Notes: generated by a model from the letters alone, not told the origin. Positions 9,490 through 17,440 are shown, counted from the first letter of the stretch. The stretch is 51,276 nucleotides of DNA from an uncultured Gammaproteobacteria bacterium (GCA_964359565.1 CAYHTN010000001.1:1-51276), one strand, 5' to 3'. Numbers and translations are program-made.

Positions 9490-9514
9490 CACGCATCACC
9501 CTGGTCCACCACGC

Positions 9515-9544
9515 AAAATCTCCGCTTATAAGGCGGAGATTTTG
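9515..9544 (+). terminator. rho-independent terminator after the HNH-like gene
   Basis: Stem ATCTCCGC/GCGGAGAT (9518-9525/9533-9540) followed by TTTT. Confidence 0.65.
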
Positions 9545-9591
9545 ATTAATGTCCATAGATCATAATACTGCTTCGGGGTAGAATGTGATTT

Positions 9592-9792
9592 ATGATATCG
9601 AGCTCTTTAGCCATTTTAGGAACTGTGGGCGTAGTACTGATTTTTTTCGTTGCTTTCCTCATTCCGGATCGAACCTTCCCTACCTTCGTACATGGTATAG
9701 GGGGTTTTATAAGAGAACTGCTTTGGGGGATTTTAAACTTCTTTCCAGGTCTTTCACCGTTTCTTCTAAATGTGCAACAAATGGATATTTAG
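9592..9792 (+). CDS. possible small hydrophobic protein (66 aa)
   Basis: ATG start and one clear TM helix (LAILGTVGVVLIFFVAFLI). Weak RBS and no homology recognised. Confidence 0.3.
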   Translation: MISSSLAILGTVGVVLIFFVAFLIPDRTFPTFVHGIGGFIRELLWGILNFFPGLSPFLLNVQQMDI

Positions 9793-9821
9793 CCTGCGGT
9801 GAGGCAGGGAGAAGTGGGGCG

Positions 9822-9968
9822 ATGACCTTAGAGTATAGAGGTGAATATGTTTGTTACAGTCGTTTCCGTAAGACCTGTCGTAAGCAGAATGATGGTACAT
9901 GCGGATGGGATCAAGATGAAGAAATGCGAGTAAAAAGCTGTATAGCCAAGGAAGAGTATGTTGATTAA
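9822..9968 (+). CDS. possible 48-aa cysteine-containing peptide
   Basis: ATG at 9822 preceded by GGGAGAAG. Sequence MTLEYRGEYVCYSRFRKTCRKQNDGTCGWDQDEEMRVKSCIAKEEYVD has four Cys. This is the C-terminal part of tracked ORF 9585..9968. Confidence 0.2.
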   Translation: MTLEYRGEYVCYSRFRKTCRKQNDGTCGWDQDEEMRVKSCIAKEEYVD

Positions 9969-10083
9969 ACACAAGCGCGATTCATTGAACATAGAACTTC
10001 TTACGCCAAGCCGATGACATTAAGTGCCAATCAAATTTTTGCGCTCCATTGACCACGCGTAAGTAAGTAGAGATAATTCTTCC

Positions 10084-10632
10084 ATGAACAACGTTCGAAC
10101 GCTTCTCATGGTCACGGGCAATCAAAATAAAGCCAACGAAGTTGGCGATATCATCGGAATGCCCATAGAAGCCGTAAAACTCGATATCTTGGAAATTCAA
10201 TCTCTGGACGTTGAAGAGGTTGCTCGAGAAAAGGCCCTCGCTGCATTTCGGGTTCTTGGGAGACCAGTCATCGTCGATGACACCGGGATGTCGATAGAGG
10301 CAATCAACGGTCTACCCGGAGCATTGGTGGTGTGGTTTCTCGATACACTTGGACCAGCTGGTTTACTCAAGCTTGTAGCCGGCGAAACAAACAGACGAGT
10401 CACGGTCTCAACCTGTATTGCTTACGCCGATGAGAAAGGTGTTCATACCTTCGTTGGCTCTGTATCAGGAAGCCTCGCTGACACGCTCCGTGGCGAAGGT
10501 GGCTTTGGTTATGATCCAATATTCATTCCCGATGGATCCGATCATACCTATGCCGAGATGTCTGCAGAAGAAAAGAATGCGGGCTCCATGAGAAAGATTG
10601 CGTTGGATAAACTCAAGAAGTTTCTTACCTAG
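10084..10632 (+). CDS. rdgB: non-canonical purine NTP pyrophosphatase (RdgB/HAM1/ITPase family)
   Basis: 182 aa with motifs VTGNQNKANEV, EEVAREKA, VDDTG, NGLPGA and GFGYDPIFIP. Confidence 0.85.
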   Translation: MNNVRTLLMVTGNQNKANEVGDIIGMPIEAVKLDILEIQSLDVEEVAREKALAAFRVLGRPVIVDDTGMSIEAINGLPGALVVWFLDTLGPAGLLKLVAGETNRRVTVSTCIAYADEKGVHTFVGSVSGSLADTLRGEGGFGYDPIFIPDGSDHTYAEMSAEEKNAGSMRKIALDKLKKFLT

Positions 10633-10677
10633 CACCTGTTGACGCGTTATCGAAAACATGGAACGGAGTATAGAAGC

Positions 10678-11193
10678 ATGAATCAATCTTTCATCCCCCC
10701 TGAGCGCATAGAGAGTAAAATCTTCTTGTTTCGAGGTACTAAAGTTATGATGGCTAGAGACCTCGCTCTTTTGTATGGCGTAGAGACAAAAGCCTTGAAT
10801 CAAGCAGTGGCCCGTAATAAGGAACGCTTTCCTGGCGATTTCATGTTCCAACTCACGAAAGATGAAACGGCTACTTGGAGGTCACATTTTGTGACCTCCA
10901 AACCTGAAAAGATAGGCGTTCGTTACGCACCCTACGCTTTTACCGAACAAGGGATCGCCATGCTCTCTAGCGTGCTTAATAGTAAAAGAGCAATTATGGT
11001 CAATATTCAGATTATTCGTATATTTACGAAGCTTCGAACTATGATACGTGAGCATGAGACTTTATATCTAAAACTAGAAGCGCTCGAAAGACGCTTTGAT
11101 GAACAATTTAAAGTCGTGTTTGATGCTCTTCGTAAAATACTGACGAGGGAAGATGACTCAAAATCCGAAATAGGGTTCAAAATTGATACATGA
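10678..11193 (+). CDS. ORF6N-domain (KilA-N-related) DNA-binding protein
   Basis: IFLFRGTKVMMARDLALLYGVETKALNQAVARNKERFPGDFMFQLT matches the ORF6N pattern as I recall it. The ATG at 10678 with GGAG upstream is preferred over the tracked TTG start at 10639. Confidence 0.7.
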   Translation: MNQSFIPPERIESKIFLFRGTKVMMARDLALLYGVETKALNQAVARNKERFPGDFMFQLTKDETATWRSHFVTSKPEKIGVRYAPYAFTEQGIAMLSSVLNSKRAIMVNIQIIRIFTKLRTMIREHETLYLKLEALERRFDEQFKVVFDALRKILTREDDSKSEIGFKIDT

Positions 11194-11231
11194 AAAGCAT
11201 GACGAGAATTGGATGGTATCAACTTACAGAC

Positions 11232-11771
11232 CTACACTTTTTTCTGATTCAATTGTCTCCACACCAGTTCATAGATCACTCGCTGCATATCGGCGAGTTC
11301 TTTTGACTCAATCATGATAGAAAGTTTTTCTTTCCACGATGTTAGGAGAATCTTATCATTATAGATGTCGAGTTCTGGGGTGAAAGGAAGGCTTGGATCA
11401 ACAAATACTGTTCGTCGCATCTCTTCTTTGTCATGAGAGGAGCGCTCTCGTGACATCGCGTTGTCGGTGAGGATGGCTTTAATCGCAAGCCCGGCGCCCG
11501 CACGACGCTTATGGTATTCAGGAAAGAAATTTGGGAGACCTTCATGCATCGCTTGAACGTTGGCATAGCCCAAGATCTCACCTTTCGAGGTAAGCGTATC
11601 TTCATAGGCTTCTCTTATCCCCTTTTCTCCTTCGAAAAAAGTGACTTTGGGCTTTGTGCTCCGCGGGTTAATGAGAGAAACCAGTTCCGGGAGAATTTCT
11701 TGAATTTGTCTCTTCTTTTGTTGGATCGCTTTGTGTGCTTCTTCTGCCTCACGATCCATATAATTCAGCAA
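11232..11771 (-). pseudogene. TrmB-family regulator paralogue lacking the N-terminal winged-helix domain (truncated gene or remnant)
   Basis: 179 aa that align by eye to residues of about 95-279 of the 12428..13267 protein (KPKVTFFEGEKGIREAYEDTL vs KPRVRFFEGLKGVLTVYEDHI; C-terminal ...IYELVWRQL vs ...MFDLAWKTA). No HTH region lies upstream in frame. Confidence 0.5.
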
Positions 11772-12427
11772 TCGTCGTGGATCGCCTTCGGCGTCGATAG
11801 CGTCTCAAAGATGGTTCTCAAGGATCAGCACAAGCGTCATAGCAGCGTCGTCGACTACGAATACTGCCGTAGCGCGTGTTACGAGGCAGAAATTCAGGTC
11901 GAACTCCTCCTGCTTGTAGGTTTCGAGACAGGAGGTTTACGTCCTGACCTCGAGGCCATCTTCTATGCGATGCAAAATGTCTATGGTCACTACCATGTCA
12001 TCATCCGACCCTATCTCGCCAAACTGGATCTCCCGGGCGGTAAGAGATGGGTACAGGATGAAGGAATGCGCGCCCGCTACCTCCAGGATCCCGAGAGCCT
12101 GAGTGATCTCGAATACTCGATGCTCCTTACGACCACTACCGCTCCGCGGGTACTGCATCGTTTCCGTGGGAATCTCCTGTTTCTCTTGCTTCAACTGGTC
12201 ATTTTGCCGCAGGGTTGGGCCAACCCGCCAATTCTGCCGATCTCGCGCCGCTTCCCTCTTCTCGCGAAACTCGCTCGCGCATTCAATGCCTATATGCCTC
12301 CAGATCGCTGAAAGGAGACTCTCTTCCTTAGCCGCTCGCTTCACGAAAACCTCTGCTCGTGAACCGTGCGGCCATTTTCGTATGAAGACCTCTCTGAGGG
12401 AATAAATAAATGTTCTCTCCCTTCCTA

Positions 12428-13267
12428 TTACCGATTCGTACTTTCTTTTGCCGTCTTCCACGCTAAATCAAACATCATGCGAATCATGCCGGCGATGATT
12501 TCATCTTCGATAATCACTCCAATCAAGATCCGTTCGTGAAAATTGATGAAAGAAACTTTATTCTTCCCATAGAGCGTCACTTCTCCTTGATACGGGAAGT
12601 CACGCGCAGGGATATAGCGCATGTGAACCAACGTCCGTTTTGCAGCACCCCGATAGATGGCTTTGTTATACCGTGCACTAAACTCACCCTCAGGAAAAAT
12701 TCCGCGTGTCGTAATTCCTATCCGTTCTTTGGCTTTCACGTACCGTTTCGCAAAGGTCGAAGGCAAAATTTTCATGAGTTCTTCGACATTGCTATATCCT
12801 AACATCTCGTAGGGCTCTGTTTCGGTAATGTGGTCTTCGTAAACGGTGAGAACACCTTTGAGTCCTTCAAAGAAACGGACCCGAGGCTTGTGAGGGGTAT
12901 TGATAAAAAGCGCTTCGACGTCGGGAAGGAGTTTTTTGGCATGCTCGAGTCGCTCTTCTGCAAGGATGATTTGCGTTTGGGCAAAACGAACGAGCCGCTG
13001 GGGACGCTCAGCCTGATAGCATAATTTTTTATTTCGTTCTAATTCCGTCACGAGTCCTTTCACCGAAAGATCCGTCAGGATCTTATAGACCGTGCTTCGA
13101 TTAAGCTTCGTTTTCTGGGCGATTTGCGCCGGGAAGGCGATGCCGACATCCAGAATTGCCGCATAGATGTGCGCGGCTTTTTCTGAGAGACCAATACGCT
13201 TTATTTGTTGTTGCAGTTCATACTGAGTCATACACTCGAGCCTATCTCTTTTCTCTTTTTTTGTCAC
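12428..13267 (-). CDS. TrmB-family transcriptional regulator (wHTH + C-terminal domain)
   Basis: 279 aa. N-terminal LSEKAAHIYAAILDVGIAFPAQIAQKTKLNRSTVYKILTDLSVKGLV is a TrmB-type wHTH. Divergent from the radical SAM gene. Confidence 0.8.
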   Translation of the reverse strand: MTKKEKRDRLECMTQYELQQQIKRIGLSEKAAHIYAAILDVGIAFPAQIAQKTKLNRSTVYKILTDLSVKGLVTELERNKKLCYQAERPQRLVRFAQTQIILAEERLEHAKKLLPDVEALFINTPHKPRVRFFEGLKGVLTVYEDHITETEPYEMLGYSNVEELMKILPSTFAKRYVKAKERIGITTRGIFPEGEFSARYNKAIYRGAAKRTLVHMRYIPARDFPYQGEVTLYGKNKVSFINFHERILIGVIIEDEIIAGMIRMMFDLAWKTAKESTNR

Positions 13268-13321
13268 TTTTAACGAACAAATATTTCACTATTTTCATAA
13301 TAGAGCTATCTAGAGCAAAAA

Positions 13322-13333
13322 ATAGATATCTAT
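13322..13333. promoter_or_regulatory. 12-bp perfect palindrome ATAGATATCTAT in the TrmB/radical-SAM divergent spacer (candidate operator)
   Basis: Read directly from the sequence. Lies 55 nt upstream of the TrmB start and 90 nt upstream of the radical SAM start. Confidence 0.3.
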
Positions 13334-13422
13334 CTTGATCGGTTGAGATAACAATTTAATAAACTTCGGTAGACTTCTCACATAACCTGGGTTATCCACC
13401 CGCACTTTCCCCGGAGGATCTC

Positions 13423-14886
13423 ATGCTGAGGCCAATCTTCGTTCACGCCCAACCGAGCACCGAACACGATCTCCGCTACGACACCACCATGATGGTGAAC
13501 GGCAGCGTCGCCGTCCTGAACGCCGTCACGAAGGATCTTTTGGGCTACCCTGGCATCGCCATCGACGAGACCTATCCTTCGGTCACGACCGTAGGCCACG
13601 AGTGTGCCTACGTTCGCACCTATCTGCGCGAGCAGATTGAGACCTCTTTGCGTGCCGGCGACGAGCCCGTCGTCTTCTGTACGCTTCTGAACTATAACGC
13701 AGAGAACGCTCTCGCTCTGCTTACGGAACTCAAACAGGAGTTCGGCACCCGTCTGCGAACGGGGGTGGGCGGACAGCTCGTCCGGGTCTGTCCGGAGGCG
13801 TATCTGCGAAACTCTCACATCGATCACATTGGTGTCGGTGACGCCGAAGTGGTCCTTGCGCCCCTTCTTCTGGGGCGCAAGCGCTTCGCGAGTGGGTACA
13901 AGACGGTCACGCCGACCGACCACTACACCCCGCCTCTCTACGATCAGTATCTCGGCCTCGAGGAGCGGCTGGACGACATGGCTCGATATGCATTCGGGCC
14001 GTTTCGAGACATGCGTCAGCTTGTGGTCGAGAGCGTCCGTGGGTGTGCCTGGGCCTACACGAACGCGATCTGCCGTTTCTGCGCCCTGGAAGGTATCGAT
14101 ACGCAACCGGTGTTTCGCGACATCGGTGCACAGACCCAGATCGAACGGGAGCTCGTCGCGCGCTTCGGCGTCAACTGGCTCTTCGACGTGAGTAATCAGT
14201 GGATCCCGACGGTGAAGTCCATCAAAATCGGGGAGTGGTTGCGTCACTACATCCGCGAGCGGGCGAAATACCACGCGCCTGCCCTCAACCGCTACGTCTA
14301 CCTCACCACCAACTCCATCACCGCCCGCACCGCACCGCTCCTGCACGAAGCAGGTGTCCGCATCGCCTATATCGGCATTGATGGTTGGGACAAACTCACC
14401 CGCGCTGCTCTCTTCAAGACGCAGGTGGACTGCCACAAGGCCCTCCGCGCCTGTGCGGAGAACGGACTGTACGTCCGGACGAGTCTCGTGATCGGATCCG
14501 GTCTCACCCGCGCCAATCTCGAGGCCCTGCCCCTCTTCGTCGGAGAACTCCTGGGAGAGTTTGGCGGGAACGTCATTCTCTCGTTCGGCAATTTCCTCGA
14601 GATCGTCCTCCCGGGGAGTGCCGACTGGCGCGAGTTTGAAGCGCAAGCTGAACGTGACCACATCGAAGAAGCCCGTGCGATCTTCGCCTTCTTCCGCGCC
14701 CATGGGTGGATTTCTCTCACCCAAGAAGATCGTCTGAACGAGCTTCGCATCCGCCACACCCAATGTGACGTCACCTTCGAAGATGTGATCGCCGCCCGCG
14801 ACCAAGCGGTGGCCATCACCAAGCGCTCGCTGGCGCTCAGCGTCACCATCCGCGAATGCGAGAAACTTCATCGCACCAACGAATAA
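13423..14886 (+). CDS. class-B-like (B12-binding-domain-type) radical SAM enzyme with non-canonical Cx8Cx2C motif
   Basis: 487 aa with GGAGGA 5 nt upstream of the ATG. Rossmann-like N-domain (VVFCTLLNYNAENALALL...GVGDAEVVLAPLL), ESVRGCAWAYTNAICRFC (C208, C217, C220) and a later SLVIGSGLT motif. Very GC-rich (40/60 at 13861-13920). Confidence 0.65.
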   Translation: MLRPIFVHAQPSTEHDLRYDTTMMVNGSVAVLNAVTKDLLGYPGIAIDETYPSVTTVGHECAYVRTYLREQIETSLRAGDEPVVFCTLLNYNAENALALLTELKQEFGTRLRTGVGGQLVRVCPEAYLRNSHIDHIGVGDAEVVLAPLLLGRKRFASGYKTVTPTDHYTPPLYDQYLGLEERLDDMARYAFGPFRDMRQLVVESVRGCAWAYTNAICRFCALEGIDTQPVFRDIGAQTQIERELVARFGVNWLFDVSNQWIPTVKSIKIGEWLRHYIRERAKYHAPALNRYVYLTTNSITARTAPLLHEAGVRIAYIGIDGWDKLTRAALFKTQVDCHKALRACAENGLYVRTSLVIGSGLTRANLEALPLFVGELLGEFGGNVILSFGNFLEIVLPGSADWREFEAQAERDHIEEARAIFAFFRAHGWISLTQEDRLNELRIRHTQCDVTFEDVIAARDQAVAITKRSLALSVTIRECEKLHRTNE

Positions 14887-14990
14887 CCTCTTGACCGTAC
14901 GTTTCTCGAGCATCTGCTCGCGATGCGATATGGTCATTCTTTTATGACCATTATCTGATTGAGTGTTTGTAGGATATAATTCAGAATTAT

Positions 14991-16301
14991 ATGAACTCTG
15001 AGAATTTTGATGATCTCTTTGGGGAAAAGATTGACGACACGCCTCCTTCCGAAGGTGACGCCATCGATCAAATACCCGCCTCTCTTCTTCCGGGATTGTC
15101 AGGAGAGGTGAAAGCAAAATACCGCGCGCTCGTTCGCGTGATCTGCCAAAGACATCCAGCCTGGTCGCCTGAGCATACGATCGACGAGATTCGCCGCGTC
15201 GAAGCAGCCTGCAATTACTCCTTTTATCAAGTCCAGTACAATGCTCCGCCGCAAAGCCCGGGCGAAATGATGAATCATCGTCGAGCGCTGCGCGCGAAAA
15301 AACTACTTGATCTGCTCGAGCCCGATGAAACAATGGAGCTAGAGGCCATCGAAGACGTCATCAGAAACATGGGAGAGTGGGTGGCCCATGCAACCGGGGA
15401 TTTGGCCGCAGAAGTCGAGCAAAATTTCGTTGATCTCGCTATCTATGGCGCTCAAGTTGGCATCCATAATCGGGCCGAAATTCAGGACATTCTCATCAAC
15501 GGACCGCACATTGAAGGCTTTGAAGCAAATGAAGATTCGACCTGTACGAATGAAGAGGTCCGCGCCATCCTAAAAGATCTCTTTGGCGAACAGATGTATC
15601 GTCGCGCCAAAATTGTACGTATCTCCAAAGATGATCAGTACCTCATTCATCGCACCGCCAATGATCCTCTTCACATCAAGGAAGGAAACGAGCTCCTCGC
15701 CCGCGGTCTCGTCGTGCGTTCAGGGACCTTTTTAGCCGCCAAAGATCGCGCCTCTTACCTTGAAGCGGAGTGTTTCTTAGAGGGAATCGATGATCCAGCG
15801 GAGTTACGACATATCTATAAATTGCGCGCACAAGTGACCGGCGCAAAAGACTACAACGTCATTCAACTCAGTAGCTTTGGGATCGAACAATCGCGTGATT
15901 ACGACTATCTCGCCGATCTTGAAGACCTCACAGAAGCAGAAAAGATGCGTCTTTACATTCTCAGCACGCTTGTCCATGAGTTTGGACATGCGTTTGAATT
16001 ACAAATTCCTCGTGCAGATTTCCAGACCTATCAAGGCATCATCGAAGAGGAGTTCGCTCCCGAACTTCGCCCTAAGTTTGTAAGCGATTACGTCTTACGG
16101 CACGAAGAACTCTATCGCAGCAGCGAGAACTTGCTCGCTCGTGAAGATATCGCCGAAGCTATTCGCATTTACACGGTGAATCCAGCCTATCTTGAACGTC
16201 ACTTTCCCCTTCGCCTGGCGTTCATCAAGGAGCATTTCCCGTTTATCAAGATGGGTGGACTCAGAGAAAGAGCACCTCTACCTGACCTCTTGGAAAGTTG
16301 A
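14991..16301 (+). CDS. hypothetical HExxH (zincin-like) protein
   Basis: 436 aa with an acidic N-terminus and a single LVHEFGHAFE motif at about residue 333. Host-like G+C (28/60 at 15001-15060). Confidence 0.6.
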   Translation: MNSENFDDLFGEKIDDTPPSEGDAIDQIPASLLPGLSGEVKAKYRALVRVICQRHPAWSPEHTIDEIRRVEAACNYSFYQVQYNAPPQSPGEMMNHRRALRAKKLLDLLEPDETMELEAIEDVIRNMGEWVAHATGDLAAEVEQNFVDLAIYGAQVGIHNRAEIQDILINGPHIEGFEANEDSTCTNEEVRAILKDLFGEQMYRRAKIVRISKDDQYLIHRTANDPLHIKEGNELLARGLVVRSGTFLAAKDRASYLEAECFLEGIDDPAELRHIYKLRAQVTGAKDYNVIQLSSFGIEQSRDYDYLADLEDLTEAEKMRLYILSTLVHEFGHAFELQIPRADFQTYQGIIEEEFAPELRPKFVSDYVLRHEELYRSSENLLAREDIAEAIRIYTVNPAYLERHFPLRLAFIKEHFPFIKMGGLRERAPLPDLLES

Positions 16302-16410
16302 CACCTTCCGCCATCCCGCTATAGTTAAAGTATGAAACGTGGGTCCGCCTTGCTTCTTAGCCTCCTTCTTCGATCCGAGAGGGAGTGATTTTCTTGCGTG
16401 CGCGTGAAAC

Positions 16411-16447
16411 AAAACCCCCTCTCATCGTAGAGGGGGTTTTGTTTTCG
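16411..16447. terminator. strong rho-independent terminator
   Basis: Stem AAAACCCCCTCT/AGAGGGGGTTTT with loop CATCGT, followed by GTTTTCG. Confidence 0.8.
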
Positions 16448-16523
16448 TCTTGTCGGTCTTCACGAGGAGCGTCGCAAACGACATTCGTGTGGGTCGAGAA
16501 GAAAAGAAAAAAGAGAACAGCTC

Positions 16524-17387
16524 ATGGAAATCCGTGTCTTTGTCCCGGGTCAGGTTTCGTGCGTTCAAGCCTTGCTCGAACGAGAATATACGGGCTATCC
16601 GTATCCGGTCGAGTGTCGCGCGGAGTACATCTCGTACGTCGCGACTGACGGCGACGATGTCATCGGCTTCGCGCGGGCCAAGCGCGATCAGTCTTTCACC
16701 CGCGCCCACGTCTACGAATTCGGGACGGCCATCGTCGATCCGAATCGTCGCGTGCGCGGCACGATGCGTGCCCTCGCTGCTCGCATCACGAACGAAGGCT
16801 GGGGTCGAGGCGCCGAGTTCCAACATACGGAGATGGTCACCTTCGTCCCGGGGATTCAGAAAGTCCTCCCCGCCGTCGGCTTCCAGTTCTGTGGGCTCGA
16901 GCTGGCTAAACATCCGTGCCTGCGTGACATGCCGCAACCGGAGTCCGTCTTCTTCGCCGTCGCTCGCCCTGATGGCGTGATCCGAAGGCGAGGTCCGGTC
17001 TTCCTCCCGCCGGACTACCAGGTGCTCGTGACGGCCTATCTGCCGAGCTTCCTCGCCGCTGGAAGCGACGAAGCCCTCGTCGAAGCTGCACCGACACCGC
17101 ACTATCATGCTCCGTACGAACGCGACGGCGTGCGTGGGAGCGAATTCATCGACGTCGCCGTGAACTGGCCGGAGGCGATCGACCTCCTGCAAGATCTGCG
17201 CGCCCATGGCTGGTGTTTCTCGGGAGTTCTGCCAGGGCTCTTGCAGACGACAACCGGACGTCCGTGCGACGGCATCCGCCTGCAGCGACTGCCGCAGGGC
17301 CTCTCGTTCGACCCTGCTCTCGTGCAGGCAATCGATCCGATCGCCGCGGTTCTCAAACGGCACGTGATCACTCATCTTCTGTCCTAG
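16524..17387 (+). CDS. GNAT-like N-acetyltransferase domain protein with an uncharacterised C-terminal half
   Basis: 287 aa. VIGFARA...YEFGTAIVDPNRRVRGTMRALAARI fits the GNAT beta4-alpha3 acetyl-CoA loop. Very GC-rich, and the 332-aa antisense ORF is judged a shadow. Confidence 0.5.
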   Translation: MEIRVFVPGQVSCVQALLEREYTGYPYPVECRAEYISYVATDGDDVIGFARAKRDQSFTRAHVYEFGTAIVDPNRRVRGTMRALAARITNEGWGRGAEFQHTEMVTFVPGIQKVLPAVGFQFCGLELAKHPCLRDMPQPESVFFAVARPDGVIRRRGPVFLPPDYQVLVTAYLPSFLAAGSDEALVEAAPTPHYHAPYERDGVRGSEFIDVAVNWPEAIDLLQDLRAHGWCFSGVLPGLLQTTTGRPCDGIRLQRLPQGLSFDPALVQAIDPIAAVLKRHVITHLLS

Positions 17388-17427
17388 CCTCGATTCGAAC
17401 ATCTCTTCGAATCGAGGCACTCTTTTT
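17387..17427 (+). terminator. rho-independent terminator after the GNAT gene
   Basis: 13-bp stem GCCTCGATTCGAA/TTCGAATCGAGGC with loop CATCTC, followed by ACTCTTTTT. Confidence 0.8.
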
Positions 17428-17440
17428 AAATCAATATCTT

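Larger units (their letters stand above)
7262..9512. mobile_element. candidate mini integrative element (serine recombinase + HNH-like gene) abutting the tRNA-Ala 3' end
   Basis: The 9-nt GTCCACCAC that forms the tRNA 3' end (7262-7270) recurs at 9504-9512, just after the HNH-like gene and just before a terminator. The interval contains only the recombinase and HNH-like genes. A 9-mer repeat is weak statistically. Confidence 0.3.

Noticed and set aside
11511-12311. 266-aa + ORF
   Set aside because: Its first ~90 codons are antisense to the TrmB-fragment gene and look non-protein-like. Only the part after the ATG at 11811 is ambiguous, and that part is discussed as a finding rather than annotated.
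13378-15333. 651-aa minus-strand ORF, the longest ORF in this locus
   Set aside because: Its composition is dominated by R/G/D/V/A and it has no motifs. It runs antisense to the radical SAM gene, which has an RBS and recognisable motifs, and it continues into the next gene. This is the classic shadow ORF of a GC-rich gene.
16332-16388. 18-aa ORF (MKRGSALLLSLLLRSERE) between the HExxH and GNAT genes, as a possible RiPP precursor
   Set aside because: It has no RBS, is very short and hydrophobic, lacks Cys/Ser/Thr-rich core features, and sits just before a terminator. The evidence is insufficient to call it a gene.
16422-17420. 332-aa minus-strand ORF
   Set aside because: It is antisense to the GNAT-like gene, R/E/D-rich, and runs through two strong terminator hairpins. 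Judged a GC-driven shadow ORF.
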